Shown here one piece after another: positions 10,086-21,039 of a stretch of DNA of 64,000 nucleotides (positions are counted from its first letter, which is position 1; every line of letters starts with the position of its first letter). Under the pieces are notes generated by a model, which did no database searches, had not been told where the DNA came from, and saw only the letters and a program-made list of their open reading frames with translations. A program made the translations under genes and the position numbers. The DNA comes from a bacterium (GTDB lineage Bacteria > UBA8248): the NCBI GenBank assembly GCA_965221165.1, contig CBDCRP010000003.1:1664001-1728000 (forward strand), written 5' to 3'.

Positions 10086-10685
10086 ATGGCTTGGATAGAA
10101 CCTATTTCTCCGGATTCCGCGGAGGGAACCACAAAAAAAATTATAGAAGGTCTGCGTAAGGCGAAAAAACCAATTCCCAAGATATTTCTTCAGATGGGCA
10201 GAAGGCCCGATGTTTTGGCCGGTCGCGAAATGCTCCGCAGTTCGGTCCATGGCGGCTCCAGCCTCGGAACGAGGCGGGAGGAATTGCTCGCCTTTTATGT
10301 GGCGGCTCATGGGGGGTGATACGGCTGAGCGATGAACCACGGACAGTTGTTCCGTGACGCGTGCGATGATGCCTCCATCGCTGAAGTAGGCCAGGTATTA
10401 GACGAGCCAAAACGCGCGAGAATTCTCGACCCTGCCGACCGCGCCATGCTCGCCTATGCGGAAAAAATGACCCATACGCCTCATCAAATGAAAAAAACAG
10501 ACATCGAGCGCTTAAGGTGTGCCGGCTTCAGCGAGGAAAACATCGTCGACATCATCGCGGCTGCGGCTTACAGAAACTTCGCCAATTCGATCAACTACGC
10601 CTACGGACACGTAGAGCAAAATCCCAAAGGCCCAAAGGAGCTGAAATCGGCCATTCAGAGGTTAAAAAAGAAAATTCGTGGATAA
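10086..10685 (+). CDS. AhpD/carboxymuconolactone-decarboxylase-like protein with two in-frame UGA (predicted Sec, UxxU motif)
   Basis: ORFs 10029-10319 and 10332-10685 are in one frame joined by TGA-TAC-GGC-TGA-GCG: REELLAFYVAAHGG-U-YG-U-AMNHG matches the AhpD-like E...CxxC..H motif; GGGGAG RBS before 10086; hairpin at 10338-10356. Confidence 0.85.
10338..10356 (+). promoter_or_regulatory. Candidate bacterial SECIS hairpin for the UxxU gene
   Basis: CACGG-AC-AGTT-GT-T-CCGTG; loop starts 16 nt after the second UGA and 25 nt after the first, G at second loop position. Confidence 0.6.
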
Positions 10686-11421
10686 AAAATCTCACGCGCT
10701 CTCATCTATTTCCTATCTGGGCTTGTTCATATCGAGCGCTTGCGCGCTGGCCGCTGTGGCGTCAGGGCTGGGTCATCGCTGGGGCTTATGGCATTTCAGC
10801 ATGGGATTTCAGATTTTCAAGGCCGCATCCATCATTGCGTTGATCTCCGTGGCCGTCTCCATAACGGGAGGCCTGTTTGCCCTGCGCGACGCTTCGAAGT
10901 TCAAGACTTCGGCCGCCGCCCTCGGCATCGCATTAGGTTTCACCGTAGCGGGCTTTCTTCACGCACACATGCAAATCTCGAGACGGGTACCCAAGATTCA
11001 CGACATCACGACAGACACTCAAAACCCGCCCTCTTTTCAAGACATCCTCCCACTGAGAAAAAGAGCGAAAAACCCACCCGCTTATGAGGGCATACGCATC
11101 GCACGGCTCCAGAAAAAAATGTATCCGGATATCAAGCCACTCATTTCCCGAGATTCAAAAGAGGAAATTTTCAAACGCGCTTTGGCCGCTGTACGCGCCA
11201 TCGGTTGGCAAGTGGTGACGTCAAAACCAGCCGAAGGACGTATCGAGGCGTATGACAATACTTTTTGGTATGGCTTTATCGATGACATCGTAATCCGGAT
11301 AACGTCGAATAATGGGATGACGCGCCTCGACATCCGCTCGAAATCCCGTGTGGGCGTAGGCGACATAGGCGCGAATGCCAGGCGAATTCGCACCTTTTTC
11401 GAAAAGCTAAAAGTAAGATAG
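10678..11421 (+). CDS. DUF1499 family membrane protein
   Basis: Three N-terminal hydrophobic helices, IHDITTD..NPP.F, YPDIKPL, GFIDDIVIR, RSKSRVGVGDIGANARRI. Confidence 0.85.
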   Translation: MDKKSHALSSISYLGLFISSACALAAVASGLGHRWGLWHFSMGFQIFKAASIIALISVAVSITGGLFALRDASKFKTSAAALGIALGFTVAGFLHAHMQISRRVPKIHDITTDTQNPPSFQDILPLRKRAKNPPAYEGIRIARLQKKMYPDIKPLISRDSKEEIFKRALAAVRAIGWQVVTSKPAEGRIEAYDNTFWYGFIDDIVIRITSNNGMTRLDIRSKSRVGVGDIGANARRIRTFFEKLKVR

Positions 11422-11497
11422 ACTGGGATATTCCACTTTTGTGATCGGGGATTCGCCATGAAATGATGATGTTTTGAGCATCGTATTGAGGACGCTA

Positions 11498-13816
11498 ATG
11501 TCTGAATACCTAATATTAGGCAAATCCATACCAAGACTCGATTCCGCAGAGAAAGTTTCCGGATTCGCCGATTTTGGAGATGACTTGCGCAGGCCCGGTT
11601 GCCTCACTGCGAAATTGCTCTTGAGTCCGCACCCCCATGCCCAAATCAAAAAAATCGACACCACCGATGCTTTGAAGATTCCCGGCGTACACGCTGTCGT
11701 CACGGCGGAGAATTTCTCCGGCATCCGCCACGGCAGGCTCGTGCGCGATGAACCGCTGCTCGCCATCGACAAAGTGCTTCACATCGGCGAGCGCGTGGCC
11801 GCCGTGGCCGCCGAAACCCCGGAAGCCGCGCAGGCCGCACTCAAGAAAATTCATGTAGATTATGAAGTGCTCCCCGCCGTATTCACGACAGACGACGCCC
11901 TGAAAGATGACGCTCCCCTCCTCCATGACTCCCTGGATGATTACACGTCGTTTCCGGGTATCGTGCGGTATGGAAACGTAGCCACCGATATTCTTATCCG
12001 ATCGGGCGACCCAATAGAGGAAGCGCTCACTCGGGCTGATTTCGTTTTCGAGGACGAATACGAAACGCCCCGCGTTCACCAGAATTATCTCGAACCCCGC
12101 GCCATGCTCGCGGAACCCGGACCCGAGGACAGCACGGTAGTCTATTCACCCACCCAGGCGGCTTTCGTGGTGCGCGCTATCGCTTCGGAAATACTCGAAC
12201 TTCCCATGAACAAACTACGCGTTGTGAGCACTCATGTAGGAGGCGCTTTCGGTGGCAAATCCCAACATCTACTGGAAGCCCTAGCCGTTCTTTTGAGCAG
12301 AAAATCGAACCGGCCCGTTCAACTGACTCTCAATCGCGAAGAGGAAACCATCACCGGAAACCCGAGGCACGCATACCGTATGCGCTATCGCACAGGCGTG
12401 ACGCGGGAAGGAAAAATCATCGGGCGCCACGTGCAAATAACATCGAACAACGGTGCCTATTGCATGACGGGTCCGATGGTGCTTGGAAAATCCTGCTACA
12501 CCAGTACGGGACCATACAAAATTCCCAATGTCAGGGTCGATGGTCTACTCGTATATACGAACCTTCCCCCCAGCGGTTCTTATCGGGGTCTGGGCGTGGC
12601 ACAGGTCGCTTTCGCCTGCGAGCGACATACTGACCGCATTGCTTCAGAATTAGGAATGGACCCACTCACTTTTCGGCTCCTTAATGCGATGGGTGAAAAC
12701 GATGCGGACCCCGCCGGTACGATTTTACAAAGCGTGAGCATAAAGGAAACGCTTGAACGCGCGGGCCAAAAAGCGGGCTGGGGGAAGCAGAAGGAGGAAA
12801 ATCAGGGCCTCAGAATCAGGCGGGGTTTGGGCATCGGCTGCGCGCGCTATCCCACGGGTGGAGGGGCATCGGGCGCCGTGGTGAAGGTGAACGAGGATGG
12901 GGGCTTGGCTGTATTGGCCGGCTGTTCCGACCTGGGCACGGGCGCGGCTACCTTGATGGCGCAGGTGGCGGCTGAGGTTCTGCAATCCGACATCGAAAAA
13001 GTTAGCGTTCGTATCGCCGACACCGAAACCACGCCCTTCGACTCCATCACCGCGGGTAGCCGCACCACGTTCAACATGGCGCACGCAGTGCGCATGGCGG
13101 CGGAAGATGCTCGCGAGCAATTGCTTCGCCAAGCGGCGCGCATGCTCGAATCATCCCCTGAGGACCTGGACATCGGCGATGGAAATATATTCATGCGCGC
13201 AGCGCCCTCGCGCGCCATTCCGTTCGCTGAAGTGGCGTATTCCGCTGTATGGAAAGGCGACGGACCCGTGACCGGTCGCGGTGCCTACCGTGGAGAGAAT
13301 CCTCCTCATCGGACGGATAATGTGCGTGGCCATCCAGAGCCCTCGAGACCCGGACCAGAATTTGCCACCCAAATCGCAGAAGTCGAAGTCGACACCGAGA
13401 CAGGAGAAACCAAGGTCTTAAGAATCACCAGCGCGCAAGATGTGGGCTTCGCCATGAACCCCCTCACCCTGAACGGACAGATAGAGGGCGGCATTGCGCA
13501 GGGGCTGGGCTGGGCTCTGGCCGAGCAGATTCACCATGAAAAGGGCGTCATCGTTCATGCGGATTTCGAGAGCCAACTCAACCCCACGAGTTTGGATGTC
13601 TCGGAAATCGAAAGCGTGATTGTGGAATCGCCCGATGTGGAAGGTCCCTTTGGAGCCAAGGGAGCGGGGGAAATGCCGCTCATTCCAGCGGCGCCCGCGA
13701 TTGCCAACGCGATCGCCGATGCCATCGGGGATCCGGCCAACCCGAACCTCAACAACCTGCCTATCGCACCGGAGGACATCGTTCGCGCGGTTCGCGAACA
13801 AAACGCTTCCGAATAA
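11498..13816 (+). CDS. Xanthine dehydrogenase family molybdopterin-binding (large) subunit
   Basis: SPHPHAQI, YLEPRA, VGGAFGGK, SYRGLG, GSRTT, GQIEGG, GAKGAGE. Confidence 0.93.
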   Translation: MSEYLILGKSIPRLDSAEKVSGFADFGDDLRRPGCLTAKLLLSPHPHAQIKKIDTTDALKIPGVHAVVTAENFSGIRHGRLVRDEPLLAIDKVLHIGERVAAVAAETPEAAQAALKKIHVDYEVLPAVFTTDDALKDDAPLLHDSLDDYTSFPGIVRYGNVATDILIRSGDPIEEALTRADFVFEDEYETPRVHQNYLEPRAMLAEPGPEDSTVVYSPTQAAFVVRAIASEILELPMNKLRVVSTHVGGAFGGKSQHLLEALAVLLSRKSNRPVQLTLNREEETITGNPRHAYRMRYRTGVTREGKIIGRHVQITSNNGAYCMTGPMVLGKSCYTSTGPYKIPNVRVDGLLVYTNLPPSGSYRGLGVAQVAFACERHTDRIASELGMDPLTFRLLNAMGENDADPAGTILQSVSIKETLERAGQKAGWGKQKEENQGLRIRRGLGIGCARYPTGGGASGAVVKVNEDGGLAVLAGCSDLGTGAATLMAQVAAEVLQSDIEKVSVRIADTETTPFDSITAGSRTTFNMAHAVRMAAEDAREQLLRQAARMLESSPEDLDIGDGNIFMRAAPSRAIPFAEVAYSAVWKGDGPVTGRGAYRGENPPHRTDNVRGHPEPSRPGPEFATQIAEVEVDTETGETKVLRITSAQDVGFAMNPLTLNGQIEGGIAQGLGWALAEQIHHEKGVIVHADFESQLNPTSLDVSEIESVIVESPDVEGPFGAKGAGEMPLIPAAPAIANAIADAIGDPANPNLNNLPIAPEDIVRAVREQNASE

Positions 13817-13821
13817 GCTTC

Positions 13822-15102
13822 TTAGTTTTTCAGTTCAAATTTCTCGTCATAAACATAAAAGTTCGATGACGCCGCGATATCTCGCGCCTGTGTGATGAGC
13901 TTGCGCGACAATCTTGAAATGTACGAATTCTTGAGAAACTCGACATAGAAATTGTAGTAAAAAGCATCGGGCCGCACATGAACGCGCACCCTGAGCCTCG
14001 CCGCACCCTCGGCTCGTCCTCTTCTGTATCGAAACGTGATGGATTTTTGAGGGGGAATGCGCGTGTCATAGATTTCGCGGCTAAAATCAGGCGAAAGTTT
14101 CCGCTCGATCACATTAATCTGCCTTGACCCCGGTATGGTTCGCCCACTCTTATTCTCCAGCTCGGAGATGACATCCACAGAAGGCGTAATATAGGTAGGG
14201 AAATAATGCCCGGCACCTGAGTTCGTGAGCTTAATTTCGGCCGTGACGATTTGCCCGGGCGCTTCCTCCCCGAGCGTGACGTCTATTTGCACGGCGCCCT
14301 GGGTCATATCCTTATCATGTATGCCTCGCCATAGATGTGCACGCCCGGGCATGTGACAACTCTGGCAAGCAATGCCCTCTTTGCCCCAAAGCGAGTTTTT
14401 CCACTCGTTGTACGTGTTCTGAATCGATTTCCCGTTCGGCCCGGGAAACGTGTGCTGGTGGCAACCCATGCAAAATTCAGCACGGCTGAAAAAAAGCGTG
14501 CGTTCTACCCCTGCGTGTGGACCACTCCTTGTCGTGTCATCCACCCCTTCGGGGGTTTCCTTCTTGGGTGGACCGTACACACGCCAATCACGCACATGGC
14601 ATGCGGCGCAGGCCAGTCCGTGCATCTCCAGTTTTCGATCGTGGATTGGGTTTTTCCGCCAATTCGCAAAAGGACCCGCACCCAACTTCGCGCGCTTCTG
14701 CTGTTCCGCCAAAGGCGCATGGCACTCATTACAACTTTGTGCTTCCTCGGGACTTGTTTTCCACATATCGACGAGTTGTCCATAGATGCCCGGGCTCATC
14801 GCGTTGGCGTGAAGCGTGGTCTTCCATTGTTTGTACTGATCGAGATGACAACTCCCGCAACTCTCGGGCAAAAGAGAACGCTCAGCGCCTTTGTATGATT
14901 TCGGCACCTCACCCATCGGGGACAAAGGGTAGGCGAAATGCTCCTTCACGAAATCCCGCCAATGTTTCCATTTGCCGGGAATCTCTTTTTCTTCCGCCGT
15001 CTCGATGGAGGAGAAGGCGAATCCATTTGATGTCTTCTGAAAAATAAAAGAGAGGACGAGAAAGTAAATAGCAACGATTATAACCATGAAATTCAAGCGC
15101 AT
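13822..15102 (-). CDS. Multiheme c-type cytochrome (5 CxxCH motifs)
   Basis: CGSCH, CNECH, CAACH, CMGCH, CQSCH; N-terminal hydrophobic anchor; NSGAGHYFPT. Confidence 0.9.
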   Translation of the reverse strand: MRLNFMVIIVAIYFLVLSFIFQKTSNGFAFSSIETAEEKEIPGKWKHWRDFVKEHFAYPLSPMGEVPKSYKGAERSLLPESCGSCHLDQYKQWKTTLHANAMSPGIYGQLVDMWKTSPEEAQSCNECHAPLAEQQKRAKLGAGPFANWRKNPIHDRKLEMHGLACAACHVRDWRVYGPPKKETPEGVDDTTRSGPHAGVERTLFFSRAEFCMGCHQHTFPGPNGKSIQNTYNEWKNSLWGKEGIACQSCHMPGRAHLWRGIHDKDMTQGAVQIDVTLGEEAPGQIVTAEIKLTNSGAGHYFPTYITPSVDVISELENKSGRTIPGSRQINVIERKLSPDFSREIYDTRIPPQKSITFRYRRGRAEGAARLRVRVHVRPDAFYYNFYVEFLKNSYISRLSRKLITQARDIAASSNFYVYDEKFELKN

Positions 15103-15398
15103 TTCATACTTCCTGTTCTAGCGGCTCACCGGCATGTCCTGCCTACTCTTGTGCAAAAACATCCATGCGGAAAATGCTCCAAAAGACAAATCCAAAAAAT
15201 TGTAGCGCTCTCGCGAGTAGGTTTCCAGAGTGGCGTGAAAACACCGTTTTTCTTAACGGGTGGATTTTCGCACAACGCTCAAGAATCCTCCGTCTCGGAG
15301 AGTTGACATCCCCAAGATGTGAATGGGTTTTACTTGTTTGATTGAATTAGATAGGGTCTCTCCAGCAATCGAAACCAATACGCATCAAACTCGGAGTA

Positions 15399-15854
15399 AT
15401 GATGAATTTCGCCATACGCCCTGCCACTGTTGAGGACGCAGAGAAAATTATCCAATTCAACATCGATATGGCCCTAGAAAGTGAAAACCTGCGCCTCAAG
15501 CCTGAAAAAGTTCGTCAAGGAGTGCAAAAATCGCTCTTAAACCCATCAATGGGACGATATTACCTCGCGCATCGGGGCGATGAAATTCTAGGGCAAATCC
15601 GAGTCACTCTGGAGTGGAGCGATTGGAACAACGGCCAGTATTGGTGGATTCAGAACGTATATGTCGTTCCATCGGCGAGAAAACAGGGCGTCTACAGCGC
15701 CTTGCACCATCACGTCAAAAATCTTGCCGTCCAGGCAGGAGCCTGTGGCCTGCAACTATACGTCGATGCGCAAAACTTGGGCGCGCAATCGGTGTATAAG
15801 AATCTGAACATGCTCGAAAGCCATTATCTTATTTTCGAGCAAATGGACGATTAG
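15399..15854 (+). CDS. GNAT family N-acetyltransferase
   Basis: IRPATVED, EWSDW, WIQNVYV..ARKQGVY acetyl-CoA motif A. Confidence 0.9.
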   Translation: MMNFAIRPATVEDAEKIIQFNIDMALESENLRLKPEKVRQGVQKSLLNPSMGRYYLAHRGDEILGQIRVTLEWSDWNNGQYWWIQNVYVVPSARKQGVYSALHHHVKNLAVQAGACGLQLYVDAQNLGAQSVYKNLNMLESHYLIFEQMDD

Positions 15855-15985
15855 CCAAAAAAACCGGGGGAGGCGTTGCTCTGCATCACACGATGGATGC
15901 GTCAAGTCCGGCCTTTCAGAAGAAATCCTTCAGTGTCCTCAGATGAGCGACACAGAATCCAAAATGTCTCTTTCGTGCCCGTAAA

Positions 15986-16465
15986 TCAACGCCCCTCTCG
16001 ATTTCTCTTGAGAGGTATAACATCCGCATGCTCCTGATCATTATTGTGGCGGTGGCCCCGCCAAGAAGAAGGCCAGACATATCGCACGCGCCATAGGGTT
16101 CGGGCAGCTCCTCCCACCGCCCACGTGACGACGCTTCCCGCAGCGCGCGTTCTCCGTCCCAGCGAGCGAAACGCCTTTTTCCCGCCCTCTTCACCAATCG
16201 AGACGAGGCGCGACGTAGCCTCTTTGGCTGCGCCAATCGGCCGGAGGGCCTGCTCGATCGCCTGACGCAAAATCCATTTCAGAACCAAGCAAAACACAAT
16301 CGAAAAAGCGAAAAATACGCCGAACACCTTAAGCCCGCGCGCGGGCTCATCCACTATCATGACGCTCATTTGGGCGATGCCGTAAAATATCAGGCCCACC
16401 ATGGCCAAACAAACGGCCACGGCGCCGCCCGAGCGCGTGATCACCCGGAATAAACCAAACATCAT
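15986..16465 (-). CDS. Hypothetical membrane protein
   Basis: Two hydrophobic helices, GGAG RBS; fills the gap between GNAT and serS. Confidence 0.55.
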   Translation of the reverse strand: MMFGLFRVITRSGGAVAVCLAMVGLIFYGIAQMSVMIVDEPARGLKVFGVFFAFSIVFCLVLKWILRQAIEQALRPIGAAKEATSRLVSIGEEGGKKAFRSLGRRTRAAGSVVTWAVGGAARTLWRVRYVWPSSWRGHRHNNDQEHADVIPLKRNREGR

Positions 16466-16640
16466 CGTCTCCGAATTTCCGCCGGCGCCAGAGAATACTT
16501 CTGATTCGACTAGAATACCTCATTTTCGAAATCGAAATCCACCGCGGAGGTTTCATGTAGTACAGATATTTCCGTTGACGCGCGCAAACTCTCGTTTTAT
16601 GTTCACTAGCCGATATGGAAACCAAATGAGGAGCAAGAAA

Positions 16641-17924
16641 TTGTTCGACATCCGTCTCATCAGAAACAACCCCGAAGCGGTGGCGCGCGCACTCGCCCGC
16701 AGGGGCGGCGATTGGGACCTCTCCGGAATACTGAAAATCGACGCCCGAAGGCGGGACTTGACCCACCAGGTCGAAAGCCGGGTGGCCGACGTGAGAAAGC
16801 GCAGCAAAAAAATCGGTGAACTCAAACGCAATAAAGCGTCCGATGAGGAGGTCGAAGCATTTTTGGCCGAAAATCACCGATTGACCGCCGAGGCGAAATC
16901 CATAGAGGGAGAACTGGCCGAACTCGCGCAAAAACAAAACGATTTTCTGCTCGATCTCCCCAACGCGCCGCATGAGACCACCCCCGACGGCCAAAGCGCC
17001 GATGACAACACCCTCCTGAGGGCTTGGGGCGAAAGGCCGGTTTTTGGTTTCGAGCCCAAAGCGCATGATGATTTGGGCGAAGCCTTGGGCATTCTGGACA
17101 TGAAGCGCGCCGTAAAGATAGCAGGCGCGCGTTTTGCGCTGTACCGGGGCGCGGGGGCGCGTTTGGAGCGCGCCCTCATCAACTTCATGCTCGACCTGCA
17201 TACGAACGAGCACGGCTACACCGAGTGGCTTCCCCCCTTCATGGTGAACCCTGCGGCCATGACCGGCACCGGCCAGTTGCCGAAATTCGAAGAAGACCTC
17301 TTCCGGGTCGATGACGGAAAATTCTACCTGATTCCCACCGCCGAGGTGCCCGTCACCAACATCCACAGGGAGGAAATCCTGGACGGGCGGGATTTGCCGC
17401 TCAAATACACGGCCTATTCCCCTTGCTTCAGGAGCGAGGCGGGCTCCTACGGCCAGGATACGCGCGGCCTCATCCGCCTGCACCAGTTCAACAAGGTCGA
17501 ACTCGTCAAATTCGCCCGGCCCGAGGAGAGCTACGGGGAACTCGAAAGCTTGACCGCCGACGCCGAGGAAATCCTGAAGCGCCTGGGGCTTCACTACCGC
17601 GTCGTCGCGCTGTGCGCGGGGGATTTGGGTTTTTCCGCCGCCAAGACGTATGACATCGAGGTCTGGGTGCCCTCGCAGAACACCTACCGGGAAATCTCTT
17701 CTTGCAGTAATTTCGAGGATTTCCAGGCCAGGCGCGCCCAGATCCGCTATCGCCCCGAGCCGGGGGCCAGACCAGAACTCCTCCACACCCTAAACGGCTC
17801 GGGCCTCGCCGTGGGACGCACGCTGGTGGCGATTCTGGAGAATTTTCAGCGCGAAGACGGCTCCGTCGAGATACCCGAAATTCTAAGGCCCTACATGGGG
17901 GGAATGGCCTCCATTTCGGCCTAA
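16641..17924 (+). CDS. serS: Serine--tRNA ligase
   Basis: TTG start after GAGGAG; [52 protein letters not shown]. Confidence 0.97.
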   Translation: MFDIRLIRNNPEAVARALARRGGDWDLSGILKIDARRRDLTHQVESRVADVRKRSKKIGELKRNKASDEEVEAFLAENHRLTAEAKSIEGELAELAQKQNDFLLDLPNAPHETTPDGQSADDNTLLRAWGERPVFGFEPKAHDDLGEALGILDMKRAVKIAGARFALYRGAGARLERALINFMLDLHTNEHGYTEWLPPFMVNPAAMTGTGQLPKFEEDLFRVDDGKFYLIPTAEVPVTNIHREEILDGRDLPLKYTAYSPCFRSEAGSYGQDTRGLIRLHQFNKVELVKFARPEESYGELESLTADAEEILKRLGLHYRVVALCAGDLGFSAAKTYDIEVWVPSQNTYREISSCSNFEDFQARRAQIRYRPEPGARPELLHTLNGSGLAVGRTLVAILENFQREDGSVEIPEILRPYMGGMASISA

Positions 17925-17957
17925 AATCCTCATAACCCCTTTAATATCAACATTATA

Positions 17958-18109
17958 AATTTTCACTTATTTTCAGATATTTTTCCCTTTTTTCACCCTT
18001 TTTTCACTTATTTTCAGAAATTCATTGAACCCCGGACGTGACGACCCGCTTCGCAAGCATACACGGACATTCTTTCCATTCGAAAGCCGCAAATGCGGGC
18101 AAATGCGTG
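17958..18109. repeat. Copy 1 of a dispersed non-coding element with 10-bp phased ATTTTCA units
   Basis: ATTTTCACTT/ATTTTCAGAT-like 10-mers, then TGACGnnCCGCTTC..CATACACG, 29 nt, GCGGnCAAATGCGTG; same layout at 39320-39463. Confidence 0.7.
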
Positions 18110-18374
18110 TGCATCCTCGTGCGGTGAACGTGCGATGCGGACCAGTCCCCACCGAAGAGGTCGGGTGACGACCACCCTTTGAGGCCGCCCCACCCCGAGG
18201 AGGGGAAGACTGCGGTTTTCCGACCGGGGAGGCTCGTGGTTTTGCAGGGGTGGAAGCTCGCGCGTGTCCGCCCGGGCCATGGGAACGCCCCCCGGATAAT
18301 TGTCGTTGCCGACCATTGTCGGTGGATTTATAATACTTTTCATCCGGTTTCACGGTATCTCAAGGAGGATAACC

Positions 18375-19472
18375 ATGGCCGACACCGACGAGAGGCTCTT
18401 CGGCACGGACGGCGACGACACCATTGACGCAGAAGGCGGCAGCGACACCATCCTGGGCGATGCGGGCGACGACGACCTCACCGGCGGAACGGGCCGCGAC
18501 ATCATCCGCGGCGGCAGCGGAACGGACACCATCTACGGCGGCGCGGACGGCGACATCCTCAGAGGCGACAGCGGGGATGACACCATTTACGGCGGCGATG
18601 GCAACGACATGCTCGTGGGTGATTCCGGGGTCGATACGATAGACGGCGGGGCGGACAACGACACCATTGCCGGCGGCTCTGGGAACGACAACCTCACGGG
18701 CGGAGCCGGCGAGGACACGTTCGTGTTCATCGAGAACTCGGGCGACGACACTATCACCGATTTCGTCGTGGGCGCCGACACGATCGATCTGAGCATGATC
18801 CAGGAGGCGATCGCGTATGCGGACCTCACCATCACGCAGGTCGGGAGCGACACTACGATCACGCACACCGCGCTCGGCGGAACCATCACCCTCACCGGCG
18901 TGACGGCAACCGACCTCACCGCATCGAACTTCAACATGCCCGACGGGTCGACCACCTCGCTGACCACCGAGGAGAACGACAAGCTCCAGCGATACGCCAA
19001 CCCCTGGGAGGGAACCGACAGTTCCGACATCTACCTCGACGGTGCGAACGACACGCGGCTCTTGGGCAAGGGCGGCAACGACGTGCTCATGGCCGGCGAG
19101 GGCGACGACATGGTCGAGGGCGGCGCGGGTAATGACCTCCTGATGGGCGAGGAGGGGGACGACACCATCGACGGCGGGGCCGACGACGACACCCTGTGGG
19201 GCGGCAGCGGGGATGATACCTTCGTCTTCCAGGCCGGCCACGGGAACGACACCATCAAGGATTTCAAGGACGTCTCCGGCGGTGAGAACGACAAGATCGA
19301 CCTCACCGCATTCACCGGCATCACCGCTTTTACGGGTCTCGACGGCAAAATCACGCAGGACGGCGACGACACGAAGATCGACTTGAGCTCCTTTGGTGGG
19401 GGCGAGATCATCATCGAGGACTTCACCTCGACCGACCTGGGCGCAGAGGATTTCGACTTCTACACGATGTGA
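18375..19472 (+). CDS. RTX/hemolysin-type calcium-binding repeat protein (paralog 1)
   Basis: Many GGxGxDxIx nonapeptides, very acidic; AAGGAGG RBS; ends DFDFYTM. Confidence 0.92.
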   Translation: MADTDERLFGTDGDDTIDAEGGSDTILGDAGDDDLTGGTGRDIIRGGSGTDTIYGGADGDILRGDSGDDTIYGGDGNDMLVGDSGVDTIDGGADNDTIAGGSGNDNLTGGAGEDTFVFIENSGDDTITDFVVGADTIDLSMIQEAIAYADLTITQVGSDTTITHTALGGTITLTGVTATDLTASNFNMPDGSTTSLTTEENDKLQRYANPWEGTDSSDIYLDGANDTRLLGKGGNDVLMAGEGDDMVEGGAGNDLLMGEEGDDTIDGGADDDTLWGGSGDDTFVFQAGHGNDTIKDFKDVSGGENDKIDLTAFTGITAFTGLDGKITQDGDDTKIDLSSFGGGEIIIEDFTSTDLGAEDFDFYTM

Positions 19473-19504
19473 CGCGCAGCCGGACGGCATTTGAAGCCGC
19501 CGGG

Positions 19505-19680
19505 GGCGCATGCGCGGACAGGGGGACACGCAGGTCCGCCCCTACGGACTCGTTCGTCGCCCCCGTCATTCCGACCCCCGTAGGGGCCGACCTATGTGTC
19601 GGCCCGTTTTTATATGTCCGTTATTTTCATACCGGCCCGCCACCATCGTTCCGGCGTCAATTCCGACCGGGAAGGGGAAG
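19505..19680. repeat. REP-like palindrome cluster A
   Basis: GTAGGGGCCGACCTATGTGTCGGCCC (19580-19605) with an inverted partner ending ..GGTCCGCCCCTAC. Confidence 0.8.
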
Positions 19681-19889
19681 GCGGAGACTGCGCTCCTTTA
19701 CCGAGGGATGGACGCCCTGAGAAGGGAACTGGACCAAAACTACGAGGCGGAAAACGGCCTCAGGCAGCCCTCAGCCGATATGTGCCAAAAGAAATTACCC
19801 AGCATCTACAGGACTTGACCTATTTAAATATTATATGGCACCATTTTTCTCTATTTCACAGTCTTGTGAAAGGACAGTGGAGAACGAAC

Positions 19890-21005
19890 ATGACAAACGA
19901 CAGGTATTTCGGCACGAAAGGAGATGACACCTTCGACGGTGGCGAAGGCCACGACATCATCCTCGGCGATGAGGGCAATGATACGCTCACCGGCGGGGCG
20001 GGCTACGACAATATCAGAGGCGGCAGCGGCGACGATACGATCTACGGTGGCGATGACGTCGATCTCCTCCGGGGCGACAGCGGCGACGATACGATTTACG
20101 GCGGCGACGGCGCCGACACGATCTTTGGCGACGAAGGCAACGATACGATAGATGGTGGCGCTGGCAACGACACCATCCTCGGCGGTGAGGGGGACGATGC
20201 GCTCACCGGCGGAGCCGGCGAGGACACCTTCGCCTACAAGTATGTAACTGCGGGCGATGACACGATCACTGATTTCAACGTGGGTGAAGATACGATTGAT
20301 CTCAGCTTGATTCCGGAGACAATCACCTATGCCGACCTCACCATCGCGGATAACACCGACGGCGACGCCGTGATCACGGTCCCGCAATCATCTCTTGGCT
20401 CAGGCGCAACGGGAGACATAACGATCACCCTGACCGGCGTTTCGGCAAGCTCCGTCACCTCAGGCAACTTCGTTATGCCCAACCCGCCTGTCGAATCGAT
20501 CTCTACCGATGGGGGCGTCACGGTGTTGCAGGATACCGACCCCTTTGAGGGAAGCCAGTATAGCGAATTCTTGAGCGATAACTCGCAAGACTCCGAGATT
20601 TACGGCTATGGCGGAAACGACGATATTTACGGCGGCGAAGGCGACGACGAGATCTACGGCGGCGCGGGCTGCGACCTCCTGATGGGCGAGGAGGGCGACG
20701 ATACCCTCGACGGCGGCGCCGACGACGACATCCTGGTGGGCGGCAGCGGTGATGATACCTTCGTCTTCCAGGCGGGGCACGGGAACGACGCGATCAAGGA
20801 TTTCAAGGACGTCTCCGGCGGCGAAAACGACACCATCGACCTCACCGCATTCACCGGCATCACCGGCTTTTCTCAGCTCACCATCACGCAGGACGGCGAC
20901 GACACGAAGATCGACCTGAGCTCCCAGGGCGGGGGCGAGATCATCATCGAGGACTTCACTTCGACCGATCTCGACGCGACGGACTTCGACTTCTACACGA
21001 TGTGA
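19890..21005 (+). CDS. RTX/hemolysin-type calcium-binding repeat protein (paralog 2)
   Basis: GGxGxD repeats; C-terminal region nearly identical to paralog 1; ends DFDFYTM. Confidence 0.92.
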   Translation: MTNDRYFGTKGDDTFDGGEGHDIILGDEGNDTLTGGAGYDNIRGGSGDDTIYGGDDVDLLRGDSGDDTIYGGDGADTIFGDEGNDTIDGGAGNDTILGGEGDDALTGGAGEDTFAYKYVTAGDDTITDFNVGEDTIDLSLIPETITYADLTIADNTDGDAVITVPQSSLGSGATGDITITLTGVSASSVTSGNFVMPNPPVESISTDGGVTVLQDTDPFEGSQYSEFLSDNSQDSEIYGYGGNDDIYGGEGDDEIYGGAGCDLLMGEEGDDTLDGGADDDILVGGSGDDTFVFQAGHGNDAIKDFKDVSGGENDTIDLTAFTGITGFSQLTITQDGDDTKIDLSSQGGGEIIIEDFTSTDLDATDFDFYTM

Positions 21006-21039
21006 CGGCGGCACGGACGGCATTTGAAGCCGCCGGGGG

